Below, one piece after another: positions 1 through 10,899 of a DNA stretch of 64,000 nt. The DNA is from Octopus sinensis (Eukaryota): positions 16,802,001-16,866,000 of the forward strand of contig NC_043021.1 of assembly GCF_006345805.1 (NCBI RefSeq), given 5' to 3'. Below the pieces are notes generated by a model. That model saw only the letters and a list, made by a program, of their open reading frames with translations, had not been told where the DNA came from and searched no databases. The position numbers and the translations under genes were made by a program. The number at the start of each line of letters is the position of its first letter. The stretch's first letter is position 1.

Positions 1-76
1 AATTGAGGAACTTCGCGTTGCCTTGATTTTTTTTTTTATTCTTTCTCTCTTTTCGGTTTTCTTTTGTATAATATAT

Positions 77-126
77 GGATCTTTTTGCCGGTTTGAACGG
101 CAGTTTTTAACAAACCGAAAAGACCC
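77..126. mobile_element. 50-bp internally deleted GGATC-family MITE
   Basis: Starts GGATCTTTTTGCCGGTTTGAACGGCAG and ends AAACCGAAAAGACCC. Flanked by a perfect 8-bp TSD TAATATAT (69-76, 127-134). Confidence 0.8.
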
Positions 127-201
127 TAATATATTCCTTCTCACTGAATTATTGCAATTATTTTTGTTCCTCACGACACTGTCGTGTGTGTATGCATTAT
201 T

Positions 202-404
202 CTCTTTACTCTTTTACTTGTTTCAGTCATTTGACTGCGGCCATGCTGGAGCACCGCCTTTAGTCGAACAAATCGACCCCAGGACTTATTCTTCGTAAGC
301 CTAGTACTTATTCTATCGGCCCCCTATAGCTGAATCGCTAAGTTACGGGGGAACGTAAACACACCAACATCGATGTCAAGCGATGGTGGGGGACAAACAC
401 ACAC
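202..404 (-). mobile_element. SINE family B, 3' half
   Basis: Matches the CTTTTACTTGTTTCAGTCATTTGACTGCGGCCATGCTGGAGCACCGCC tail shared by many copies in the window. Truncated at 404. Confidence 0.85.
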
Positions 405-454
405 AAAGATCCGTAATTTTTGCCCTTTTAACTTCTAAACCCCTTAGAAGCTAT

Positions 455-810
455 TCTTTACTCTTTTACTTGTTTCAGTCATTTGACTGCGGCCATGCTG
501 GAGCACCACCTTTAGTCGAGCAAATCGACCCCAGGACTTATTCTTTGTAAGCCTAGTACTTATTCTATCGGTCTCTTTTGCCGAACCGCTATGTTACGGG
601 GACGTAAACACGCCAGCATCGGTTGTCAAGCGATGTTGGGGGGGGGGATACAGACACACAAACACATACATATATACGACGGGCTTCTTTCAGTTTCCGT
701 CTACCAAATCCACTCACAAGGCATTGGTCGGCCCGAGGCTATAGTAGAAGACTCTTGCTTAAGGTGCCACGCGGCGGGGCTGAACCCGGAACCATGTGGT
801 TGGTAAGGAA
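455..810 (-). mobile_element. SINE family B (tRNA head, CORE-like centre, internal microsatellite)
   Basis: Near-complete copy with the tail, a CA/TA microsatellite and a head carrying B-box-like GGTTCCGGGTTCAG. Confidence 0.85.
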
Positions 811-838
811 GCCATAATACTTCTTTAAAATATGCATT

Positions 839-1242
839 GGATCTTTTCGGTTTGAACGGCAGATTTTCTAGCAGTGTCATATGAAATTGTCACCCATAAT
901 TATGACCCTAGTATCGATCTATTGCATTTCGATCTGTTTTAGGGTTAGGGGTGGGGAAAGGGTATCTTTTCTTCTTCAGAAATGTAAATAAACCCAATTT
1001 GCTTCTTAAACGAGGGACATATTCATACGGCACAGAATGTTTTCACCTCCATAGACGTCATTGATTGATTGAGATTGCAGAAATTGTAGAAAAAAACAAA
1101 CAAATATCTTACAAACTATAGAATTTTCGCCAAAAGAAAAAGAAAGAGTTTTATAAGCACATTCTACCAGTATACGAAGTTTAAAAGTGTTTAGTTACGT
1201 GGAAATTATTTTAAAAAACTGCCGTTGAAACCGAAAAGATCC
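839..1242. mobile_element. GGATC-family MITE, about 404 bp
   Basis: TIRs GGATCTTTTCGGTTTGAACGGCAG / CTGCCGTTGAAACCGAAAAGATCC with internal TTAGGG-like repeats. No TSD evident. Confidence 0.9.
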
Positions 1243-1423
1243 GTAATTTGACATATTACAGCAGAATTATAAGATGTGTGTAGACAAAAACGGAACAAAT
1301 GCTCCATATACGCGTGTCTATTGTTTGAATCAATAAACACGCAGGTGTGACTGAAGGCCACCTATTTAAACGTATAGCAGGTATAGCGAGATCCGTACAA
1401 TGATAAAACAGTTTTAGATGATA

Positions 1424-2123
1424 CTAACAGTATCGCTCGGCGTTGCTCGGATTTGTAAGGGAAATAACTATATAAGCATTTTTAGAGATTTATAGCCAAA
1501 AAATAGCAAAAAAATACATTAAAAATGGGAAAAAATGATGGTAAATTTTTTTTTAAATCATAGATTCATCGTAGACATTTTTAGAGAGTTACTTCCCTTA
1601 TATAATACCGAAAAAATGCATTAAAATGGAAAAAAATGATGGTAAATTTTTTTTAATCGTTGACTCATCGTAGACATTTTTAGAGAGTTACTTCCCTTCT
1701 ATAATAGCGAAAAAAAATGCACTAAAATGAAAAAAAATGATGGTAAATTTTTTTTTAAATCGTTGACTCATCGTAGACATTTTTAGAGAGTTACTTCCCT
1801 TATATAATAGCAAAAAAATGCATTAAAAATAGAAAAAAATGATGGTAAATTTTTTTTTAAATCGTTGACTCATCGTAGACATTTTTAGAGAGTTACTTCC
1901 CTTATATAATAGCGAAAAAAATGCATTAAAATGAAAAAAATGATGGTAAATTTTTTTTTTTAATCGTAGACGCGCGCTAATACCCAGAAGGGCTCGATAT
2001 GAATCACGACTATAAGATACCCGGTTTTGGTTAAACGGCACCGCAAAATGTGGGAGTAGTTAGGAATCTAAATCGTAGGAGACAGACAGCACACAACCCC
2101 ACTTTTATATATAAAGAAGAAGA
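1424..2123 (-). mobile_element. Non-autonomous Helitron-like element
   Basis: Minus strand begins TC and ends ...CCGAGCAACGCCGAGCGATACTGTTAG (degenerate subterminal hairpin, degenerate CTAG end). Sits between A and T and contains a tandem array. Confidence 0.65.
1500..1968. repeat. About 102-bp tandem repeat, about 4.5 copies
   Basis: Unit start A(T)GCATTAAAATG recurs at 1514, 1616, 1717, 1818 and 1921. Confidence 0.9.
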
Positions 2124-2232
2124 TATCATAAACGTGTATAAAAATTTAAACCACGACATCAAAATTATTAATGTCTACAGCGGTAACCATGAACGCTCAA
2201 CGCTCGTGTCTGATTCGCTCGGACTTGTCTTC

Positions 2233-2338
2233 TGATTGGCTGTCACTAAGGCATTCTACAGTAGCTTATATCAACCCACAATGCATTTCGCTGCCGGGGC
2301 ATAGTCTAGTCTGTTGTTGATGTCGTTACCAAGACAAC
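2233..2338. promoter_or_regulatory. Possible CCAAT box plus RFX X-box-like motif
   Basis: TGATTGGCTG at 2233-2242 and GTTACCAAGACAAC at 2325-2338, in a relatively CpG-rich non-microsatellite stretch. Confidence 0.25.
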
Positions 2339-2455
2339 GCGCTTGAAGATTATAAGCAAACCTAAAGATGCGATGGCGTCGTTTTAACACTTTCACTTGA
2401 ATTTTGTTATCGGTGCTTGTGAGAAATTAGCATCACTGTCACACGAACTAAAATC

Positions 2456-2869
2456 GGATCTTTTCGGTTTGAACGGCAGTTTTTAAAAAATAATTTCCAC
2501 GTAACTAAACACTTTTAAACTTCGTAAACTGGTAGAATGTGTTTATAAAACATATTTTGCTCTTGGCTTTATTGAGAAAATTCTATAGTTTGTAAGATAT
2601 TTGTTGTTTTTTTTCCTGCAATTTCAACTAATCAATGACGTCTGTTGAGGTAAAAAAAACATTCTGTGCCGTATGAATATGTCCCTCGTTTAAGAAACAG
2701 ATTGGGTTTATTTACATATGTGAAGGAAAAAAAATACCCTTCCCCCCACCCTTAACCCTAACCCTAAAAACAGATTGAAATGCAATAGATCGATACTAGG
2801 GTCATAATTATGGGTGACAATTTCATATGACACCGCTAGAAAAATCTGCCGTTCAAACCGAAAAGATCC
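2456..2869. mobile_element. GGATC-family MITE, opposite orientation to 839-1242
   Basis: Same TIRs. Perfect 8-bp TSD CTAAAATC (2448-2455, 2870-2877). Confidence 0.92.
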
Positions 2870-2904
2870 CTAAAATCTCCTATCCACACACACACATGTA
2901 CATA

Positions 2905-3125
2905 CGAGAGGATGCTGAAAAGTTCTTGGCTTTAAGGGTCTTGCGAAAATCCTGGTTGGATACCCAAACCTTCCGAGTTCTTTACAGGGCTTAGAAAAAA
3001 AACCTAAAGGACCGCTGCAATATGTATCTGGATTTGAGAAGGGAACATGTTGAATAAAATCATAATTAACTGATCTTCCTGTATTTTCTTTAACCCAAAG
3101 CCAAGAACTTTTCAACCCTCCCTCG
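2905..3125 (+). mobile_element. Mariner-derived MITE
   Basis: TA|CGAGAGGATGCTGAAAAGTTCTTGGCTT ... AAGCCAAGAACTTTTCAACCCTCCCTCG inverted ends. Retains a degenerate transposase C-terminus (...DLRREHVE*). Confidence 0.8.
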
Positions 3126-3349
3126 TGGGTGGGTGCATGTGTCTATGCATGTATTGCTCGAACTTAGCGCGAAGCTAAATCTTTGGTGTTGTCTTACAAT
3201 ATTCAACATGGAAAATAAAGTGTCTGTTTCATTTATGCATCAATGCATCCGTTCGCATGGTTTGTGTGGAAGTATATAAGCGAATGTTCTAAATACCCAT
3301 CTTGTTTTAAAAATCGTTTCAACCGTGACCCTCTCGTAAGCTTATATAC

Positions 3350-3909
3350 TTTTCTACTCTAGGCAGAAGGCCCAAAATTTTGGGGGAGGAGGCCAGTCTA
3401 TTGGATCGACTCCAGTACGCAACTGGTACTTAATTTATCGACCCCGAAAGGATGAAATGCAAAGTCGACCTCGGCGGAATTTGAACTCAGAACGTAAAGA
3501 CAGATGAAATACCTATTTCTTTACTACCCACAAGGGGCTAAACACAGAGAGGACAAGCAAGGACAGACAAACGGATTAAGTCGATTATATCGACCCCAGT
3601 GCGTCGTAACCCGAAAGGATGAAAGGCAAAGTCGACCTCGGTTGAATTTGAACTCAGAACGTAGCGGCAGACGAAATATCTATTTCTTTACTACCCACAA
3701 GGGGCTAAACATAGAGGGGACAAACAAGGACAGACATAGGTATGAAGTCGATTACATCGACCCCAGTGCGTAACTGGTACTTAATTTATCGACCCCGAAA
3801 AGATGTAAGGCAAAGTCGACCTCGGCGGAATTTGAACTCAGAACGTAACGGCAGACGAAATACCGCTAAGCATTTCGGCTGGCATGCTAACGATTTTGCC
3901 AGCTCGCCG
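3350..3909 (-). mobile_element. SINE family A multimer: one tRNA head plus tandem body units
   Basis: Three copies of the GTCGACTTTGCCTTTCATCCTTTCGGGGTCGATAAATTAAGTACCAG central domain. Junctions GAAATACCTATTTC at 3506 and GAAATATCTATTTC at 3673. Confidence 0.88.
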
Positions 3910-3998
3910 GGTTTCGCTGAGTAAATAGTACATATGTGTGTGCACGTATTATACGCGCACACACATTATACACATGACCTCTGGCTAAATAACTTTAG

Positions 3999-4231
3999 GG
4001 CATAACTACAGTTTTGTACCCCCACCGACTTTGTTGCCTCATAACTTCCAGAAAAAGTTTCGGAAACCTCTCTTCCGAACCCCTCGGATAAATTCTTTCC
4101 CATAATTCCCTATATGCTCTGCATTCACAACATCTAAGCGGTATTTGCTGAGAATTTCGTAAAGAAAGTATCCATTTTTCTGGAAGTTACGAGGCAACAA
4201 AGTCGGTGGGGTACACATCTGTAGTTATGCC
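3999..4231. mobile_element. MITE with about 55-bp TIRs
   Basis: GGCATAACTACAG...GTACCCCACCGACTTTGTTGCCTCATAACTTCCAGAAAAA is mirrored at 4175-4231. Confidence 0.8.
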
Positions 4232-4479
4232 ACCTTTTGCTGAGCCTCCCTCGACAAAAACTATTTTGAAGGTTGTTCCAAAATTGCTGGCCTTGTGTCA
4301 AAATTTGAAATAGAAACTGTTATGACTGGTCAGAGGATGACCATTGGTTTCACACCTTAGCTGGATAGGGAACTTGTCAGAATTAAATGGCTGGAGACAC
4401 ATAACCTATCAGAGGTTTTGAGCCTCCGATGTTCAGCTTTTTTGCTGAACGATCAGTCCAAAGGATTTGTTTATGGTGA

Positions 4480-4687
4480 TCAAATGTCCATGATCACTCT
4501 CCATCAAACTGATGTTGTCTGGACAAGAGCACCATGTGTCACGTGCCAGGTGTCGAAGGGATTGTAGAGCAACATGAGATGAAGTGTCTTGCTCAAGAAC
4601 ACAACATACCATCTGATCTAGGAATTGAAACCACAATTTCATGATCCTGAGTACAATACACTAACCACTTAGCCATGCGCCTTCACA
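4480..4687 (-). mobile_element. Old SINE, family D-like
   Basis: Degenerate GTGTCTTGCTCAAGAACACAAC central motif and tRNA-like head. Confidence 0.6.
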
Positions 4688-5345
4688 AACATACACACAC
4701 ACACACACACTATATCATGAACAATGGTCATGATTGGACAACAATCTCATCCCATGTATGCATATCTTCTCTTTCTCTTCTTAATTTAGAGTAAATTTTA
4801 ACTGGCCACAAGACTTGGTAGCAAGGTTGTAAGAGAAAGCATCTTCGTTTAACCATCATCCTTTAAATCTTAAGAAGGTCTTGCAGAGTTTTATGTTCCA
4901 AGATATCATGATCATTTGTAGTGTACGAATTAAGGATTTGCATTCTCTCCCCAAGATTGCAAGTTCAGCCATACTTTGTTCCATACGGGTCAGTATGTAC
5001 CCTGTTGCTCCAATAATGATGGGTATGAAACTGAAGGTGTATCTTGGGTACTGGATTTGCAAACTTCTTATCAATTGGCCATAGATGACCTCTTTCTCTT
5101 GTATTTTTCTAACCACATTCATGTCCAGTGGGTTTCCAAAACCACATTCATGTCCAGTGATTTCCAAAACTGAACAGATCATTTGTTTGTGGTCCCACAC
5201 AATAATATCTGACCAGTTGTATTTTTATCTTGGTGGCTGTTTTAATTTTCAAGTTCCACCAGTATTCTTTTAAACCATCCATCTCAATATAGTCAAACTC
5301 ATTGGTAGGTATTCTCTTTTTTGCTATCCTCTTCCAGACCATTCT

Positions 5346-5575
5346 TATTTCTTTATTGTCCACAAGGGGCTAAACATAGAGGGGACAAACAAGGACAGAC
5401 AAAGGGATTAAGTCGATTACATCGACCCCAGTGCGTAACTGGTACATAATTTATCGACCCTAAAAGGATGAAAGGAAAAGTCAACCTTGGCGGAATTTGA
5501 ACTTCGAACGTAAAGAGAGACGAAATACCGTTAAGCATTTTGCCCAGCCTGCTAATGTTTCTGCCAGCTCGCCGC
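5346..5575 (-). mobile_element. SINE family A monomer
   Basis: Full head-to-tail copy with a 15-bp TSD CTTCCAGACCATTCT (5331-5345, 5576-5590). Confidence 0.92.
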
Positions 5576-5623
5576 CTTCCAGACCATTCTGGTCACTGTA
5601 TCATGTCTCATGGGAAGAGAATA

Positions 5624-5729
5624 CGAGGAGCGTATGAAAAGTTTTGAGCCTTGAAGTCTTGTACCTTCATCAGAAGTCTTGTACCATGTTTTGTTTTTTT
5701 GAAACTCAAGACTTTTCATTTACCCTTCA
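5624..5729. mobile_element. 106-bp mariner-type MITE
   Basis: Imperfect TIRs CGAGGAGCGTATGAAAAGTTTTGAG / CTCAAGACTTTTCATTTACCCTTCA with TA on both sides. Removing it restores the LINE reading frame. Confidence 0.78.
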
Positions 5730-5860
5730 TATACAGAAGACATTCTCTGACTTTTGGCAATAATGTGGTTGATGTCTTTAGTTTTAGTCTTATAAAACCT
5801 ACATTTATTGTCTGCGAATGTTTTCTGCCTTTTATGTTGTAGGTACTTGGTGGGAATGTA

Positions 5861-6173
5861 TTGTTTGTTCCTTCTTGAGCCATCCCTGGCTCATAAGGGC
5901 CAGTTTCCCAGGTGTATAGGTTCCCCACCTGGATGGGACGCCGGTCCGTCGCAGGTGAGCCGCAAGATGCAGGAGGAAAGAGTGAGAGAAAGTTGTGGCG
6001 AAAGAGTCAGCAAAAGTTCGCCATTACCTTCTGCCGGAGCCGCGTGGAGCTTAGGTATTTCGCTCATAAGCACACACATCGCCCGGTCTGAGATTCGAAC
6101 CCGCGATCCCTCGACCGTGAATCCGCTGCTCTAACCACTAGGCCATATGCCTCCACTGGCCATGTGCCTCCAC
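5861..6173 (-). mobile_element. SINE family C (tRNA-like head)
   Basis: Head with A/B boxes (CCTAGTGGTTAGAGCAGCGGA...GGGTTCGAATCTC). 17-bp TSD TACTTGGTGGGAATGTA (5844-5860, 6174-6190). Confidence 0.88.
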
Positions 6174-6199
6174 TACTTGGTGGGAATGTAAGTATGTAT

Positions 6200-6390
6200 T
6201 ACTCTTTTACTCTTTTAGATGTTTCAGTCATTTGACTGCGGCCATGCTGGAGCACCGCCTTTAATCGAGCAACTCGACCCCGGGACTTATTCTTTTGTAA
6301 GCCCAGTACTTATTATATCGGACCGCTAAGTGACGGGGACGTAAACACACCAGCATCGGTTGTCAAGCAATGCTAGGGGGACAAACACAG

Positions 6391-6423
<33 letters not shown>

Positions 6424-6596
6424 CATATATACGACAGGCTTCTTTCAGTTTCTGTCTACCAAATCCACTCACAAGGCATTGGTCGGCCCGGGGCTATAGC
6501 AGAAGACACTTGCCCAAGATGCCACGCAGTGGGACTGAACCCGGAAAACATGTGGCTGGTTAGCAAGCTACTTACCACACAGCCACTCCTGCGCCT
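6200..6596 (-). mobile_element. SINE family B, full length
   Basis: Complete tail, microsatellite and head ending GCCACTCCTGCGCCTAT. Confidence 0.9.
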
Positions 6597-6914
6597 ATAT
6601 ACATATGTATATGTAGTAAAAGTAATAAACAGAAAGCAGGTGTAATTTTCAATCCTTTATAGGAAATACACAAACATTAACAAAAAAAAAAAAACCAAGA
6701 TGAAACACATTTAGGTCCCATAAAGCATTGACTACCACACCCGTTTGCTGGTAATTATAATAGTTTCTATTAATCGGGTCATATTCTGTACTGCAGCCCA
6801 TCCCATGTTGGGTGACCTCCTTCGCACTACACTGAATACTAGGGTGCAGTGTGGAATACACGACTGAGCTTGACGTTTGGTTTGATATTACACTTCTCTG
6901 TGTTCTGCTTCAGG

Positions 6915-7094
6915 ATGTGTGTATATATGTATTGATATATGTGTCTGTGTATGTGTATGTATACACACACACACACACATACCTACACACACATATATAT
7001 ATATATACACACATATATATATGTATGTATATATATATATATATACATACAAATGATTATATATACACATGTATATATACATATATATATATAT

Positions 7095-7131
<37 letters not shown>

Positions 7132-7197
7132 TATATATATATTATATACATACATACATACATACAAATGATTATATATACACATGTATAAGTATGA

Positions 7198-7235
<38 letters not shown>

Positions 7236-7279
7236 ATACGTATATACATATACACACTAAAATACATATATATGTATGT

Positions 7280-7316
<37 letters not shown>

Positions 7317-7348
7317 AAATACATTTATGTACATTGTATATATTCATA

Positions 7349-7427
<79 letters not shown>

Positions 7428-7450
7428 CATACAAACATATATATGTATAT
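6915..7450. repeat. Compound (TA)n/(CA)n microsatellite
   Basis: Directly visible dinucleotide tracts. Confidence 0.95.
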
Positions 7451-7666
7451 ACAGATTCAGATGAATATGGTACTTAAGTTGAGGCACCAGCATTTAGTAT
7501 GGTATCATCCATACAATTTCAAAATAAGCAAAAAGGATATCCAGAGGTAATGCAGTACAGTCGTTTCAAGCAACTCCATTTAATTGAACAATGCAATCAT
7601 TACATCAATTTAAATGCAGAGCAATTCTCAGCTGCATAAAGACATAGAATTTAATGAAATTATAAG

Positions 7667-7849
7667 AGATGGACACATTAGTATAATTTTACTTAAAATC
7701 TCCAAGAAGCTAAGGAGATAGACAAAGAACACGCTGCCTTCGCTTCAGCTTAGAGTAGCTTCTGAGCTGAAGTGAAGGCAGCTTATTCTTTGTCTATCTC
7801 CTTACTTTCTTGGAGTTTTTTAGGTAAAATTATACTAAAGTGCCCATCT
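7667..7849. repeat. Near-perfect palindrome, about 90-bp arms
   Basis: AGATGGACAC...GCTGCCTTCGCTTCAGCT is mirrored by AGCTGAAGTGAAGGCAGC...GTGCCCATCT. Confidence 0.85.
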
Positions 7850-7889
7850 GTTTTAGATATTAGACACAAATGAAGTAATATTTCTAAAA

Positions 7890-8740
7890 TTTAAACTTCT
7901 TAGGAGTTAGTAAGGCCCCTTAATGGGGGCTAACCCCTACGATTTAGTCAGTTTTCCTAAGCCAGGACAAATACAATTGTAGTCTTGAATGCTGTAGACT
8001 CACCCAAGCATACAAGATGAGCGTTACTTGTAATTCAATGGTACAATACTGTAAGAGTTTGCTTTGAGATATACTTAGATTGTGATTTCTGCAATGTGGT
8101 GTATAAATTGTCAAGTAAAGGAGAGGCATCTTTGCCTTCACTGATTCAGTTGCAAAGTGTTGAGTAAAGTTATTTGGTTGCAGACCTTCTTTGAGTCTTA
8201 TTATTATCACTGGGTCAGAGATAGTCCCCAGATGGCAACACTGATTTCAAGGCCTTCCCAGATAAGTGACTGGTCATTCAAAGACATTTATAGATTGCAA
8301 ATTTATTCTGTCCAGTTACCTATCGGCATAGTGATCATTGCCAAACTCCAGAGGTGACACTTTCATTTCCCCTTAGCCCTCATGTCATACAGTTAATGTT
8401 TATTTGAGTTGAGTCACACCCTTCCATTTGCAGTAGATCTGTAATGCATCTTACAGCTATGCCCATCACCTGTATGGTGAGGAATCCTACATTGGGGTGT
8501 GGTAACGACAAGGGTAGGATAGCTGACTGCTTATTGTGATCATTCATCTTTTGGTTTCCTGTAGCTTTGTTCACTTTTACAAACCCAGTGAACATTCATA
8601 TATTTCTGATTTCAAAGAAATTTGAACAATAGATATAAAACCCAAGTTAAAAAAGATTCCCAACAATTCAACTTCTCTGGTTGACTTTAAGACCCCCGCC
8701 CCCACTATAGGGGCCTTAACGCCCACATTTTAGAACTCCG
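7890..8740. mobile_element. Possible decayed TIR element
   Basis: TAAGGCCCCTTAATGGGGG near 7910 is roughly mirrored by CCCCCACTATAGGGGGCCTTA near 8700. No interpretable ORF inside. Confidence 0.3.
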
Positions 8741-9092
8741 CGTACTCCATTTTTCGGGAGCAAGAACCTTTGAATAGGTTTTATAAGATTTGGATTTTGG
8801 AATCTGGGCATAAAGATGAGTAGTATGGGATAAATGTGTCATGATTAGAATTTTTGTTAGGGTGTGTAAAGAGGGAAAGAACCCTCATTAAAATTCTTAA
8901 TCTGCAATTTTGATGAAATTCGAAACATAGGTTTTATGTTTATGTTTCCAGTTTCAGCTCTTGAGCTGTGGCCATGCTGGGGCACCGCATTCCAGTTCAT
9001 TAGAGAAAATATAAAAGAAAAGTCTAATTCTTCAATTCCATGAGACACGGACACAGCTGGGTATCTCTGCTAGTATATATGTACATATATAT

Positions 9093-9124
<32 letters not shown>

Positions 9125-9139
9125 TCTTTTCTTTGACCC

Positions 9140-9472
9140 CCTTCAGTCAGACACTGACCATGGGTTTGCACCTAGAGAGTTACCCTCTGAGGCACAAGTC
9201 TGGGCAAGGTTGTTTTATGGAAGACCAGCAGTCGCCCATGCATACCGGTCTCCCCTCTCCACGTCACCGATGTTGTCCAAGGGAAAGGCAAAGGGGCCGA
9301 TACAGCTTGGCACCTGTGACGTCGCAACTCATTTCTACAGCTGAGTGAACTGGAGCAACGTGAAATAAAGTGTCTTGCTCAAGAACACAACACGCAGCCC
9401 GGTCCGGGATTCGAGCTCACAACCTCACGATCGTAAGCTCGACGCTCTAACCACGGAGCCACGCGCCTTCAC
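9140..9472 (-). mobile_element. SINE family D, full length
   Basis: tRNA head GTGAAGGCGCGTGGCTCCGTGGTTAGAGCG...GCTCGAATCCCGG with centre TTCTTGAGCAAGACACTTTATTTCACGTTGCTCCAG. Confidence 0.88.
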
Positions 9473-9542
9473 ATATATCTATCTATCTATCATCTATCTA
9501 TCTACCTATCTATCTATCTATCTACCTATATATTAATATATA

Positions 9543-9586
<44 letters not shown>

Positions 9587-9778
9587 ATATATATAATAAT
9601 AAAGAAAATAAGATGGCTAGCAGCAGGCTGTTTCGCCTCATACCGAAGGAATTAGAAATGGCAGTCAAAGACCGTTTTTTCCATTTTCTATAAGTGGAGA
9701 TTCCAAAAACGAAGGCCCTTACGGCTCATATACACAAAACCGGAGTGGCAAATAGACGAAAGCAATCACTTACCGTTA

Positions 9779-9813
<35 letters not shown>

Positions 9814-9979
9814 TACATATTTATGTATGTATTTATACATATATATATATACGTACCTATATATACACATATATATATGAATAATAACAAAAAGGTAAAA
9901 TTAATTAATTAAGAAGTAATCAATAATTTCACCAAGTAGAATTCGGCATGAAAAAAGTACCATTTCATGGTAAACTTAA

Positions 9980-10250
9980 GTAATACTTAATAAATGGGGT
10001 TCAGCAAAGATTTGCTTTACCACATACCGAAGTTTAGAAATAGCAGCCAAAAAACGTTAGCTGTTTCTTCTACTTTAAAAAAGGGACTCCAGAAAAACCA
10101 AAATACTTGAAAACAATCACACAGTATTTTGGTTTTTCTGGGAGTCCCTTTTTAAAGTAGAAGAAACAGGTAACGTTTTTTGGCTGCTATTTCTAAACTT
10201 CGGTTTGTGGTAAAGCAAATCTTTGCTGAACCCTATTTATTAAGTATTAC
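9980..10250. repeat. Palindrome, about 128-bp arms, 15-nt loop
   Basis: Arms 9980-10107 and 10123-10250 are near-perfect reverse complements. Confidence 0.92.
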
Positions 10251-10369
10251 ATATATATATATATATGTGTAGGTATATATACATAAATTATGTATATATG
10301 TATATATATCACCATTATCGTTTAACGTCCGATCATGTTGGTATGGGTTAGACGGTTTGAGATAGTCCC

Positions 10370-10661
10370 CAGATGTTTGTGTGTCTGTGTTTGTCCTCCC
10401 ATCATCGCTTGACAATCGATGTTGGTGTGCTTAGGTCCCCGTAACTTAGCGGTTCGGCAAAAGAGACCGATAGAATAAGTACTAGGCTTACAAAGAATAA
10501 GTCCCGGGGGTCGATTTGCTCGACTAAAGGCGGTGCTCTAGCATGGCCGCAGTCAAATCACTGAAACAAGTAAAAGAGTATATATATATAGATATATATA
10601 CACACCTATAAATACACACACACACATATATATATATATAGATATATACACACCTATAAAT

Positions 10662-10692
<31 letters not shown>

Positions 10693-10790
10693 TATACACA
10701 CCTATAAATACACACACACACATATATATATATATATAGATATATACACACCTATAAATACACACACACATATATATATATATCCATGTA
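10370..10790 (+). mobile_element. SINE B 3' half followed by an about 45-bp minisatellite
   Basis: SINE B tail to about 10580, then four copies of TAGATATATACACACCTATAAATACACACAC.... Confidence 0.8.
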
Positions 10791-10899
10791 TCCACACCCA
10801 CACAAACGTAAAAATTCTCAAACGTTATCTCCCTTCTCCTAAGTCCTCATTATACTGTCTTCACCCCCACTTATTACCTCCAGTGCGCATGACCAGCCA

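Larger units (their letters stand above)
4856..5860 (-). mobile_element. Interrupted 3' fragment of a non-LTR retrotransposon with restriction-like endonuclease (R2/R4/NeSL/Hero group)
   Basis: After removing nested inserts it reads ...DNKCRFYKTKTKDINHIIAKSQRMSSVYSLPMRHDTVTRMVW...EYWWNLKIKT...YNWSDIIVWD...PLDMNVVRKIQEKEVIYGQL...FIPIIIGATG. This is a degenerate CCHC knuckle, RHD motif and PD..E nuclease region, with one frameshift. Confidence 0.85.

Noticed and set aside
930-960. Telomeric TTAGGG repeats
   Set aside because: Only 1-2 units, internal to a MITE present in several copies.
839-2869. Composite transposon formed by two inverted MITEs
   Set aside because: Outer flanks do not match, and the 2456 copy has its own perfect TSD, so it inserted independently.
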